Source: an uncultured Actinomycetes bacterium
GTDB taxonomy: Bacteria > Actinomycetota > Acidimicrobiia > IMCC26256 > DASPTH01
DNA: 64,000 bases
Direction: 5' to 3'
NCBI GenBank assembly: GCA_963782705.1
Contig: CAWAKX010000014.1
Location: 10,201-74,200, forward strand
Shown here: piece after piece, positions 21,908-32,544 of the stretch
Layout of the letters: every line of letters starts with the position of its first letter
Position numbering within the stretch: the stretch's first letter is position 1
The notes under the pieces: model-generated
Told to the model about the DNA's origin: nothing
Databases searched by the model: none
What the model saw: only the letters and a program-made list of their open reading frames with translations
Made by a program: the position numbers and the translations under genes

Positions 21908-22650
21908 CTCCAGTAGGGCGCCGAGGTCTCCAGGGCGGTGCGGGCGAACTCGGCGAGTGGCAGCTGACGCAGCTCGGCGCTCAGGATCTGGAGGCTCACC
22001 ACCCCGTCGAACCCGCGCTCGCGCAGCGTCGTGGCGAAGCGCTCGAGCTCGAACGTGCCCTGGCCGGGGTAGGTGCGGCGCTCCATCGCCTCGGTCTCGA
22101 GGTCCCCGACCCGGGCGAGGCCGTCGTCGAACTGCACGTAGGCGATGCGCTCCGGGTCGAGCTGCTCGAGGTCGGTCCACGTGGTGGGTCCGTAGGTCAC
22201 GTTCCAGCTGTCGACCACCACCCACGTGCGCGTCGCCCGCGGCGTCGGCCAGGTCGAGGGCGTCCTGGAGCGACGCCACCGGCCCGAGCGGGCTGAACTC
22301 GATGGCCATGCCCGCCCCGGCCTCCTCGAACATGGTCGAGCAGCGCCGCGCGGTGCGGGAGTGTCGGCGTCGATCACCTTGAACGTGGTGTTCACCCAGG
22401 TGGGGTGCACCCGGCCGATCTGGCCGACGATCTGGTCGGCCCAGCCCCGGGTCGTGTCCTCGTCGGTGACGACGAGGCCGAGCAGCTCGTGGCAGCGCAG
22501 CCCGGCCTCGGCGAGGAGCGCGGGCACGGCGTCGTCGCGCAGGTGGAGCGAGCTCAGACCCAGAGCCGCGTAGCCGGCATCGCTCGCGGCGGCGACCCAG
22601 GTCGCGCCGTCGTCGCCGCGACGATTGTCGGGAGTCAGTCCGAATTCCAT
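21904..22650 (-). pseudogene. Xylose-isomerase-like TIM-barrel (sugar phosphate isomerase/epimerase family), two frame changes
   Basis: The N-terminal segment is MEFGLTPDNRRGDDGATWVAAASDAGYAALGLSSLH. The middle segment, MFEEAGAGMAIEFSPLGPVASLQDALDLADAAGDA, is in another frame. The end is TWVVVDSWNVTYG...YPGQGTFELERF. The junctions are near 22365 and 22240. Confidence 0.7.
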
Positions 22651-22725
22651 GTGCGGCAGGGTACGACACCGGCCGCGCGTGTCATGGTGGTGGTCGCGGA
22701 ACCGCGGGCGGAGTGACGAGGAGCG

Positions 22726-23536
22726 GTGATGGTGAACGTGGTGATCGGGGCCGCCTCGGGGATGGGGATCGAGGTCGCGAACTGCCCGCGCCACGTGGCC
22801 CGCTGCTGCTCGTCGACCGCGACCTCGACGGCGTCGAGCGCCTCGCGGCGGAGCTCGGCACCGACGCGGCCGCGGCGGAGTGTGACGTCGCCGATCCGGC
22901 GCAGATCGACGCGGGGGGTCGGGGCGGGTCCACGACCGGGCGGCCTCGACGCTCTCATCGTCACCACGAGCTGGCCGCACCATGGCGCCAGAGCCGGTGA
23001 TCTACGAGGTCGCCTACGAGATCGAACACATGCTCGCGCCGTTCGAACCGCTGGTCGGGCCCGGGTCGGTGGCGGTGTGCTTTGCGTCCCTCTCGGGCCA
23101 TCGCATCCCCGAGGCGCCGGCGCTGATGACCGTCCTCGAAGATCCGCTGTCCGAGGGCTTCTTCGAGCGTCTCCGCGACGTCGGCGTGGATCCCGACAAT
23201 GCGCCACTCGGGTACTCGGTGTCGAAGCGCGGTGTCATGCGACTCGTCAGGCGCCGAGCCAAGCCCTGGGGCACCCTCGGTGCTCGGATCCTGTCCCTCT
23301 CACCAAGCAGCACCGACACCGCGATGAGCCGGATGCAGGAACAGCAGACGCCGATCCAGGCCGAGATCATCAAGAACAGCCCGCTCGGGCGGCACGCGCG
23401 GCCGGAAGAGGTGGCGAACGTCGTGAGCTTCCTCACCTCCGAACGGGCGTCCTTCATGACCGGCTGCGACGTGCTCGTCGACGGGGGCATGGCCACCACG
23501 ATGCCGTCCACATCGGGGGAGGCGCGCGTGTCGTAG
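22726..23536 (+). pseudogene. SDR, paralogue of 34225-35030, about 3-4 frame changes
   Basis: The segments in order are VNVVIGAASGMGIEVA, ELPAPRGPLLLVDRDLDGVERLAAELG and LDALIVTT. The last segment is VAVCFASLSGHRIPE...YSVSKRGVMRL...FMTGCDVLVDGG. These lie in alternating frames. Confidence 0.65.
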
Positions 23537-23645
23537 CGTTCGCCGGCGACGGACGTCATGTCCCTCGTGCGAGGAGGAGTTGTGAACGTGGGTCCTGGAC
23601 CGGCGGGCGCGGGCGTGAGAGCAACCAGTTGTCGGGCGTGATCGC

Positions 23646-25987
23646 ATGACGGCCCTGTCGACCCGGTTCGTCGGCAAGCGGATCGCGCGGCAGGAGGACG
23701 CGCGGTTCCTCACCGGTCATGGGTGCTACGTCGACGACGTCCAGCTGCCGAACACGCTGCACGTCGCGTTCGCGCGGAGCGACATCGCCGCGCGGCGCGC
23801 ATCGTGTCGGTCGACACCACGGCGGCGGCGGCGATGCCCGGTGTCGCGGCCGTGCTACGTCGCGTCCGACCTCAACCACCTCGTGCACCGACTGGCTGGT
23901 CGACGACGAGCTGCGCTCGGCACGACCGGCCGCTTCCGCGTGCTCGCCGACGGTGACGTCCGCTTCGTCGGCGATCCGATCGCCATGGTCGTCGCCGAGT
24001 CGCGCTACCTCGCCGAGGACGCGGTCGACGCGATCGAGATCGACATCGACGCGCTGCCAGCGGTGCTCGACTGCGAGCACGCGCTCGACGCCGACGCCCC
24101 GGTCGTGCACCCGGAGACGGGATCGAACCTGCACGGCGAGCATCCCGGCCGCCGAGAACCCCGAGCTCGACGCGCTGCTCGACGTCGGCTCCGGTGGTGC
24201 TGACCGAGACCTTCTCGCCAGCACCGGTACGCCGACGGTGCCGATGGAGACCCGGGGCACCCTGGCGAGCTGGGATCCGTCCGCGCAGGAGCTCACGGTC
24301 TGGATCTCGACGCAGGGACCGCACGGTGTGCGCAGCTTCTTGGCGCGGGTGCTCGGCATCGACGACAGCCAGGTGCGGGTCATCATGCCCGACGTCGGCG
24401 GGTCCGTTCGGGCTCAAGATGTACCCCGTCGCAGGAGGAGGTCGCGGTCGTGCTCGCGACGCACGCTGCTCGGCGCGCCCGGTGAAGTGGATCCAGGATC
24501 GCCGCGAGAACCTGATGTGCGACCAGCACGCCCGCGAGGACCAGGCGACCGTGACCTTCGCCGCCGACGAGGACGGCACGCTGCTCGGCGCCAAGGTCGA
24601 GTTCCTCGAGAGCGCCGGCGCGTTCCCGGCGGCGATGGCGAGCGCGGCGATGCTCTCGCGCCATGGTGTTCCCCGGTCCGTACCGGCTCCCGCGTTCGCG
24701 GCGTCCGCGCAGACCGTCCACACGAACACGCAGGGCCGGGGCGGCTACCGCGGTCCGTGGATGTATCGAGACGGTCGCGCGCGAGCAGATGATCGACTGC
24801 CTCGCGGCGCACCTCGGGATCGACCCGCTGGAGCTGCGGCGTCGCAACGTGATCCACGAGGAGGACATCCCGTACACGATGCCGAGCGGGATGGTGTTCG
24901 ACCAGATGACCGCGGCCGCCAACCTCGAGCAGGCCGCGGAGATGATCGGGTACGACGCAGCTCCGCGAGCAGCAGCGAGCGTGGCGGGCCGAGGGGCGCC
25001 TGGTCGGGATCGGCGTGAGCCTGTTCCCGGAGCCGTCGGCGATGGCGTTCGGCTGGATGACCACCGACGGCGCGACCGTGCGCATCAGCCAGAACGGCCA
25101 GGCCGACGTGTTCACGAGCGCCGCCAGCCACGGCCAGAGCCTCGAGACGACCATCGCGCAGGTCGTCGCCGACGAGCTCGGGCTCGAGATCGCGCAGGTG
25201 CGGGTGCTGCCAGGGCGACACCGACTCGGCACCGATCGGCCCCGGCACCGGCGGGAGCCGCAGCGCGGTGATCGCCGGTACCGCGGCGGTCCAGGCCGCC
25301 GCAGGAGGTCCGGAGTCGGATGGTCGCGATCGTCGCGCACGTGCTCGAGGCATCGCCGGACGACCTCGAGATCGTCGACGGCCGCGTCCAGGTCGTCGGC
25401 ACGCCGACGCAAGGGGATGACCTTCGCCGAGATCGCGACGAAGGCGTACACGCGAGCCGGCGAGTCTGCCGCCGGGGCTACCGCTCGGTCTCGAAGCCCA
25501 GTCCCGCTACACGCCGAGCCGCGGTTCTGCACGTGGTCGAACGCGTGCCACATCTGCGTGTGCGAGGTCGACCGCGACACCGGCCGGGTCGAGATCCTGC
25601 GCTACGTGGTGAGCGAGGACTGCGGCGTGATGATCAACCCCACCGTCGTCGAGGGCCAGATCGCGGGCGGCGTCGTGCAGGGCATCGGCGGCGTGCTCTA
25701 CGAGTACCTGCCGTACGACGACGCCGGCAACCCGCTCGCGACGACGTTCGTCGACTACCTGCTCCCGACCGCGTCCGAGGTGCCGCTGATCGAGTACGGC
25801 CACATCGAGACGCCCGCTCCCACCAACCCCGGTGGGCACAAGGGCATGGGCGAGGGCGGCGCGATCGGAGCGCCGCCGGCGGTGATCAACGCGGTCGCCG
25901 ACGCGCTGGCGCCGCTCGGCGTGCAGGTCCGGTCGCAGCCGCTCGGGCCCGACGACGTCCTCGCGTCTGATCCGCGCCGCGAGCTGA
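23646..25987 (+). pseudogene. XDH/CoxL-family molybdopterin large subunit, copy 2, about 20 frame changes
   Basis: The gene starts MTALSTRFVGKRIARQEDARFLTGHGCYVDD. I could follow every conserved block of copy 1 only by repeated frame switching. Examples are ARIVSVDTTAAAAMPGVAAV, VLADGDVRFVGDPIAMVVAESRY and VPMETRGTLASWDP. Further blocks are RPVKWIQDRREN, HTNTQGRGGYRGPWM, QGDTDSAPIGPGTGGSRS, VSEDCGVMINPTVVEGQIAGGVVQG and YGHIETPAPTNPGGHKGMGEGG. The end LIRAAS-TGA (25985-25987) needs a final shift near 25965. Confidence 0.75.
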
Positions 25988-25995
25988 AGCCCGCG

Positions 25996-26445
25996 TCAGC
26001 TCGGCGGTCGGGATGCCGATCGCCACGGAGATCGACGCGGCGATCCGTCGGGTCCCGCCTTCAACGCGTGGTCGACGCCGGTCATCACGACGCAGTCGCC
26101 CGCGACGAGGTCGCGCACGTCGTCGTCGAGGATCATCTGGGTCGATCCCTCGATGACGACGATCGAGGTCGATCGTGTTCGTGTGGTGCATCGCGCTCGA
26201 GCCGTCTCGCGTCGGCCTCGTGGGCGGCGGGTGCTCGACCACCGCCACCGCACCCAACCGGGGAGCCGGATGTCGATGAAGTGACCGGTCTGCTCGGGCC
26301 GGGCCGGGGGTGGGCTCTGGTCGGTGTTCCAGAGGCTCGCGAGGGTCAGCTTGTCGATGCCGGGGACCGGCCCCGGGGTGACGTCGCTCTCCTCGACGAT
26401 GCAGGAGCGACCGTCGGGATTCGTGCCGGTGATGAACTTTCGCAT
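25996..26445 (-). pseudogene. Cupin-domain protein, several frame changes; 3' end uncertain
   Basis: The N-terminal segment is MRKFITGTNPDGRSCIVEESDVTPGPVPGIDKLTLASLWNTDQSPPP. The segments MHHTNTIDL, VVIEGSTQMILDDDVRDLVAGDCVVMTGVDHA and SVAIGIPTAEL follow in other frames. Confidence 0.55.
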
Positions 26446-26572
26446 GGGCGGGGACTCTACCCCGGGGTGATGGCCCGTCCCGAGAACGGGACGGTGGTAG
26501 CGTTCTCGCCGAGTCACCACCGCGGTCGGACCGGGACACGGCCGACACGCTGGGTGATCGGATCAGTGGAGG

Positions 26573-27794
26573 ATGACCATGGAGTACCGACGCGATCTCG
26601 GCTGACGGTCACGTCAACGAGCCGCCGACGCTGTTCACCGATCGGCTGCCGGACGAAGTTCAAGGACCGCGGTCCCCGCGTGATCGAGACGCCCAACACC
26701 AAGGGCCACGCCTGGATCATGGAGGGCCAGTCCCGGCCGTCGGTGATGGGCTTCTCCTCGATGTACTTCAAGTCGGCGAAGCGCTACGACCACGCGTCGC
26801 TGGTCGAGGGCTTCAAGCAGATCAAGGACCGCGGCGTCCGCTACGAGGACATGTTCCCCGGCTCGTACGACCCGGCGGAGCGGGTCAAGGAGATCGCCGA
26901 AGGCCAGATCGACGCCGAGGTGATCTTCAACGGTGTGGGCACGGTGTGGAACGGGATCAAGCTGATGCCCGACAAGGAGCTCTCGCTCGCGTGCTACCAG
27001 GTCGTACAACGACTGGATCGCCGAGTTCCAGGCGTACGACGCCGGAGCGGTTCATCTGCAACGGCACGCTGCCCACGACCGGCATCAACGACGCGATGGC
27101 CGAGCTCGAGCGGTGCGTCGACATGGGGTTGCGCACGGTGCAGCTCGAGGCGTACCCGAGCGGGTTCGTTCACCGACCCGTCGCCCGAGGACGACCGGTT
27201 CTGGGCCAAGGCCGTCGAGCTCGACATGCCGATCAACGTGCACACCATGTTCTTCTTCCCGTATGGCGACCTCGGCTCGAAGATCAACGCCGAGGGCGTG
27301 CCCGAGGCACAGGCCCGAGCGAAGAAGATCGGCGTCGACATCGAGGCCGGCAACTTCCCGGCGATCCTCTACCGGATGATCTCGACCGGTGTGTTCGAGC
27401 GCTTCCCCGACCTGAAGTTCGTGGGCACCGAGGTGCACACCGGCTGGATCCCCTACTACCTCGAGCGCTTCGACGAGTCGGTGAAGCGCAACCCGCCGAG
27501 TGGACCCTGCCGCTGCTGCCGAGCGAGTACTTCCACCGCAACGTCACCGTCGTGTACATCGTCGACGAGACCGGCGTCGCCGACCGCTACGACATCGGCA
27601 TCAAGAACATGCTCTGGGGTCCGGACTTCCCGCACTCCTCGAGCAGCTGGCCGGTCGACTACGAGCTCGGTCGCGAGATCCTCGAGCGTGAGGGTGCGAG
27701 CGAGGGCGAGATCGAGCGGATCATGTGGCGCAACGCCGCCGACCTCTACAAGCTGCCCTACGACGAGCCCGGTTCGTCGGCCAAGGCTGCGTAG
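26573..27794 (+). pseudogene. PF04909-type amidohydrolase, about 6 frame changes
   Basis: The segments in order are MTMEYR, AISADGHVNEPPTLFTDRLPDE and KDRGPRVIETPNTKGHAWIMEG...LSLACYQV. Next come YNDWIAEFQAYD and PERFICNGTLPTTGINDAMAELERCVDMGLRTVQLEAYPSG. The last two are SFTDPSPEDDRFWAKAVELDMPINVH...VKRNP and AEWTLPLLPSEYF...LWGPDFPHSSS...SSAKAA. Confidence 0.75.
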
Positions 27795-27870
27795 CTCCGC
27801 GCTCGGGGAGCGTCAGGAGATCGCGGGTAGCTCCTCGATCACGTCGGGGAGCGGTTCGGGAGGCGGACGG

Positions 27871-28716
27871 TCACGCGCAGGCGACGCGGACGTCGGCGAG
27901 CGGGTCCTGACGGTCGCCATCAGGCACGATCTCGTCCACTCCGAGCGCCCAGGGCGAACTCCGCGCACGGTCGACGAACTCGTCGACGTCGGCGAACGGG
28001 TCGGCGACGTAGGTGACCGTCCTGGTGATCGACGATCCGTCGCGTCCCTCGCGCTCGCAGTGCTCCGCCAGGACCCCGAGCTTGTGTGCCACGTCGGCGG
28101 GCGTCGCCACCATCAGGTTGCACGCGTCGCCGTACCGGGCGACCAGCCGGAGCGTCTTCTGCTCGCCGTTCCCGCCGATCATGATCGGCGGGTGCGGCGT
28201 GAGTGATCGGCTGCGGCGAGCAGATCGTCTCCGCGAGCTGGTAGTGCTTGCCGGAGTACGGACCGTCGTCGTCGCTCCACATCTGCTGACAGATCTGCAG
28301 TGCCTCCTCGAGGCGCTCGAAGCGCTCGGCCAGCGGTGGGAACGGACGCCGAGGCCGACGTGCTCCCGCTCGTACCAGGCCGCGCCGAGCCCGAGCTGCG
28401 CGCGACCACCCGACAGCACGTCGAGGGTGGTGACGGTCTTGGCCAGCAGGCCCGGGCTGGCGGTAGGTCACGCCGGGTGACCAACGCTCGGAGTTGGAGC
28501 GTGCGTGGTGCGTCCGGCCAGGAACGCGAGCGTGCTGTAGCTCTCCAGCATCGGGCTCGCCATCGGTGCGATGGAGTCGATTTGGAACCAGTGGTCCATC
28601 ACCGAGACCGTCGACACTCCGCCGGCGTCGCAGATCTCGCCGACGGCGGTGAGGGTCGACGGGATGTCGGCCCACGCGTCCGCGTCGAAACGCACGATGT
28701 GGAGGGAGACCTGCAT
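27871..28716 (-). pseudogene. Luciferase-like (LLM class, F420/flavin-dependent) oxidoreductase, about 4-5 frame changes
   Basis: The segments in order are MQVSLHIVRFDADAWADIPSTLTAVGEICDAGGVSTVSVMDHWFQ, GVTYRQPG and LSGGRAQLGLGAAWYEREH. These are followed by FPPLAERFERLEEALQICQQMWSDDDGPYSGKHYQL and PPIMIGGNGEQKTLRLVARYGDACNL. Confidence 0.7.
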
Positions 28717-28760
28717 GGTGGTCCTTCGTGACGAGGGGACGGGGCGGGGGTCGACGCTGC

Positions 28761-29238
28761 CTACACGGGTTCCGGCAGTCCGGTGACGTCGACGCGGTGA
28801 CGCTCCATCCGGCACGACTTCAGGCGCCAGCCGTCGGGCGTGCGCACGTACTCGTCGTGGTACCAGCCGTCGCCGCGCAGCACCACGCCCGAGCCGTCGC
28901 TGGGCATGTTCACGTAGTCGTTCATCGCCCAGATGCCGGTGGCGGTGTCCGGCCCGGTGAGCTCGATGAGGGGCGTCGTGGCCGTGGTGCACGGTCTGGG
29001 CGCCGACCAGCGCGGCACCGACTTCGCGCACGACGAGATCGCGGCCGTCCTGCACGCCGGCGTCGTCTTCAAGGTGGAAGTCCTCGGTGAGGACCTCCTT
29101 GCCCCAGCGCTCCCACTCCTGGTGGTCGACGCACACGAAGTAGCGCGCCCGGAGCTGACGGATCTCGTCGATGTCGCGGAGCCGCTGCACCTCGGCCTGC
29201 AGGGTTTCGAGCTGCGCTCGCAGTGCGTCGTCGGTCAT
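28761..29238 (-). pseudogene. NTF2/SnoaL-like family protein, one frame change
   Basis: The first segment is MTDDALRAQLETLQAEVQRLRDIDEIRQLRARYFVCVDHQEWERW. After a junction near 28975 comes TPLIELTGPDTATGIWAMNDYVNMP...DGWYHDEYVRTPDGWRLKS. Confidence 0.7.
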
Positions 29239-29302
29239 CGGGATGTTTCCTCCGGGTCGGTGGGTCAGGCCCGGGCGTGGACGCGGCCGAGGTCCTCGTC
29301 GA

Positions 29303-30633
29303 TCATGGGCACGAGTTGCGGGATGCGCGGGGGCCTTCGGCCGGCCTGAGGTAGCCGCCGCGGGCGTTGAAGTTGGCGACCAGTCCGGGGTCTACCGCGT
29401 GCCGGGTCCGACGATGTCGGTCACCTTCGGTCCGATCCGCTCGGCGATGGCGACGAGCGGCGGTGGTGCTCGAACTGAGGAAACGGATCGCGTTCTCGCC
29501 AGCATGAGGCGGGCCTGGGCTTCGGGGACCCCGGCGAAGGCGTCGTGGATCCAGTCGGGGGTGTTGGGCCAGGTGCCCTCGGGGTGGGGGTAGTCGCTGC
29601 CGAAGAGGATGGTCTCCACGCCGATCTCGTCGCGGATCTCCACTTCGGACTTGTGCACGAACGACGTGCGGCTGCGGCAGTTGGTGCGCCAGTACTCGCT
29701 CGGGCGGCGCGTCGCGGGCAGCGTGTCGCGGCTGCTTGTCGTAGAGCGCGTCGAGGTGGCCGAGCAGCGACGGGATCCAGTCGAGCCGGATCTCGCTGAG
29801 CAGCAGCTTGAGGTCGGGGTGCCGGTCGAAGACACCGCCGAACATCATCTGCCACATCGGGCGGCGGGACTTGATGTCGGAGAAGAAGTCGACGAAGACC
29901 TCGCTGCCCATGCGCCGGAGGAAGTCGGCTTCGGTGCCGTTGCTCGCGGCCACCTCACGGTCGACGCGCTCCATCGCGTCGTCGACCTCGCCCTGCTCGA
30001 ACCCGAAGCCGGCGTGGACCACGAGGGCGATCCCCAAGCCCGCGCACTCGGCCCACAGCGGTTCCCAGTAGGGGTCGAACAGCGGGGGCATGTCGCGGTG
30101 CCGGAGGAAGCCGGGCATGAACGTGCCGACGAAGCCGCGGTCGGCGATGGTGCGGATCTCGGCGATGGTCGCGTCGAGGTCGGTGCACGAGTCGATGGCG
30201 CCCACCAGCATGAGGCGGTCGGGCTCGGACCCGAACTCGTCGTGCACCCAGCGGTTGTACGCGTGCGCACCCGCGTCCCAGACCTCGAAGGGCCACGTGC
30301 CGTTGCTGACGTTGTGCGCGAGGTCGTTGACCCGCAGGTCGCCGTGGTACACGAGTTCGGCCGCGACGCCTTCGCGGTCCATCTGGGCGATGCGCACGTC
30401 GCGGTCGTCCACGCCGCGCCACCCGCCGTCGCCGCTGTGGTCGGCGAGGTTCTCGGGGGTCATGATCGACGTGCTGAGCCCCCACGTGGCCCGCGCGTAG
30501 AGGTCGGTCTCCTCCTGCAGGCGCGGCAGGTGCTCGTGGTGGCGTTGGTCGAGGTAGTCGGCCCACGCGCGGGCGGCACGGTGGCGTGGGAGTCCACGGA
30601 GACGAGGACGAGGTGGTCGGTGCCTGTGGTCAT
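29303..30633 (-). pseudogene. PF04909-type amidohydrolase, paralogue of 49083-50474, about 5-6 frame changes
   Basis: The gene starts MTTGTDHLVLVSVDSHATVPPA from the ATG (complement of 30631-30633). The next segments are WADYLDQRHHEHL and the long ORF 29303-30463. After that come RDTLPATRRPSEYWRTNC...ILFGSDYPHPEGTWPNT, GENAIRF, LVAIAERIGPKVTDIVGPG and VANFNARGGY. Confidence 0.7.
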
Positions 30634-30758
30634 GAGATCCCCCGGATGCCGGATCTGCCTCCGCGACCCTGCGGGTCGCCGTGGGGCTCGGCGCGTTCGA
30701 CGCTACCGGCGCCGCGTCGCGACCGTCAACGAGCCTGCGAACGTCGGCCTGCGGTGGC

Positions 30759-31527
30759 TCAGCGCATCACCATGCCGCCGTCGACGTTGATGACCTGCCC
30801 GTTGACCCACTCGCCGTCGTCGGACACGAGGAAGGCGATCATGCCCGCGACGTCCTCCGGGCGGCCGATGCGCGGGCTGCGCACCGCGGACTTGATGCCC
30901 TCGATCATCGCGTCGTCGAGGTAGGCGAGCACGGCCTCCGACGGGACCGGCCCCGGCGCGACGGCGTTGGCCCGGATGCCTTCCCGACCCCAGCGCGAGG
31001 CCACGTGGCGGACCAGCGCGTGCAGGCCGCTCTTCGTCATGGCGTAGGCGGGCCGCTCCGCCTCGCCCACGAACGCGGCGGCGGAGCTGGTGTAGACGAT
31101 CGCGCCGCCCCCTGCGTCGAGCAGCGCGGGCACCGCATGGCGCGTGCACAGCAACGGTCCGCGCAGGTTCACCGCGACGGTCTGGTCGAACACACCCAGG
31201 TCGATGCCGACGGCGTCGGAGTCGTTGGCGATCACCTCGGCGGTCATGTTGGCCGCGTTCACGTGCAATGCGTCGAGCCGACCGAACTCCGCGACCGTGG
31301 CCCGGATGGCCGCGCCGACCGAGGCCTCGTCGGCCGGGTCGAGCTCGACCGCGAACGCCCGGCCTCCGGCGGCGGTCACGAGGTCGGCGACCTGCGCGAG
31401 CGCGGGCCTCGTCGCGCGAGCCGACCGCGACCCGCGCGCCTTCGGCGCCGAGACGGAGCGCGGTGGCGCTTCCGATCCCGCCGGTCCCCCCGGCGATCAG
31501 CACCGACTTGTCCTGCAGCCCGTTCAT
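30759..31527 (-). pseudogene. SDR, one frame change
   Basis: The first segment is MNGLQDKSVLIAGGTGGIGSATALRLGAEGARVAVGSRDEA. After a junction near 31400 comes AQVADLVTAAGGRAFAVELD...YAMTKSGLHAL...VINVDGGMVMR. Confidence 0.8.
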
Positions 31528-31674
31528 ACCCGTCCCCGTCTCCCTGTTGCCATGGTCGGCACCCTGCCGACCCGTCCGGCTGCGAAGGATGCCACGCGAC
31601 GCGTCGCCCCCGCGCCCAGCGCGGATGGCCGCCCACGTTGCCCGGCGCGCGTCCCCGCTATAGGGTCGCCCGCC

Positions 31675-32463
31675 ATGGATGCATTCTCACTCGAAGGCAA
31701 GGTCGCGCTCGTCACGGGTGGCGGCAAGGGAATCGGCAAGGGCTGCGCCCGCGCGTTCGCCAAGGCGGGCGCCGACGTCGCACTCGTGTCCCGGACGGAG
31801 TCCGACCTCGAGGCGGTGGCCGAGGAGATCCGCGCCGGCGGGCGGCGGGCCGTCGTCTGTCCGGCCGACGTCAGCGATCTCTCGGCGATCCCGGGGGTGG
31901 TCGAGAAGGCTGTGGCCGAGCTCGGTGGGCTCGACATCGTCATGAACTGCGCCGGGGGCGGCTACCACTGGCACTCGTTCGACGACACCACCGTCGAGAT
32001 GCTCGAGGACCTCTTCCGCTTCACCACGGCGTCGGTGTTCGCGATGGCCAAGGCCGCGGTGCCGCACCTGTTGCAGCGGCCGGGTTCGTCGATCATCAAC
32101 ATCGGCTCGGTCACCATCGGCAAGGCGGCCCGCGGGCACCTCACCTACGAGACGGCCAAGGCCGGCCTGGTGCAGCTCACCAAGTCGCTCGCCGCCGACC
32201 TCGGCCCCAAGATCCGGGTGAACATCATCCACCCCGGCGTCACCGAGACCGAGGCGCTCAAGGGCATCATGGAGCAGATGACCCCGGAGATGCTCGAGAA
32301 CATGAACAACCAGGCCCGCATGCGCCGCAACGGCACGCCCGAGGACATCGGCAACGCCGCGGTGTTCCTGGCGTCGTCGGCGGCGTCGTACATCACCGGC
32401 CTCGAGCTCCTCGTGGCCGGCGGCCCGGTCGACGAGGGTCGCACGCAGTTCCCCGACCTTTGA
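31675..32463 (+). CDS. SDR
   Basis: The protein contains MDAFSLEGKVALVTGGGKGIGKGCA and YETAKAGL. The reading frame is intact. Confidence 0.85.
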   Translation: MDAFSLEGKVALVTGGGKGIGKGCARAFAKAGADVALVSRTESDLEAVAEEIRAGGRRAVVCPADVSDLSAIPGVVEKAVAELGGLDIVMNCAGGGYHWHSFDDTTVEMLEDLFRFTTASVFAMAKAAVPHLLQRPGSSIINIGSVTIGKAARGHLTYETAKAGLVQLTKSLAADLGPKIRVNIIHPGVTETEALKGIMEQMTPEMLENMNNQARMRRNGTPEDIGNAAVFLASSAASYITGLELLVAGGPVDEGRTQFPDL

Positions 32464-32544
32464 TTTCCTGAGACAACGCGCTTAACGTCCGCCGTTGACG
32501 GTCGGGGGCCCCGACCGAGGGGACGCGACCGAGGGGGACGTGAG

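Noticed and set aside
14582-25987. Calling the two CoxL-type genes aerobic carbon monoxide dehydrogenase.
   Set aside because: The active-site loop is G(A/G)YRGPWM, not the VAYRCSFR form I signature. No coxM, coxS or accessory genes are present. Only the family-level call is supported.
25015-28206. A 1063-aa ORF.
   Set aside because: It is a patchwork of one frame of coxL copy 2, an antisense read through the cupin gene, parts of the amidohydrolase at 26573-27794 and an antisense read through the LLM gene. Only the segments that match enzyme families are meaningful.
31596-31607. A perfect 12-bp palindrome, GCGACGCGTCGC, in the divergent SDR/SDR spacer.
   Set aside because: Short all-GC palindromes of this kind are expected by chance in DNA of this composition. 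There is no second copy or AT-rich promoter context nearby. I noted it but do not treat it as an operator.
32499-32517. The inverted repeat CGGTCGGGG-G-CCCCGACCG after the SDR gene, and the nearby near-repeat GACCGAGGGGACGC/GACCGAGGGGGACG upstream of the KstD-like gene.
   Set aside because: The loop would be too small for the full stem, and there is no U-tract. The near-repeat may simply be a purine-rich ribosome-binding region. The evidence is too weak to call a terminator or regulatory repeat.
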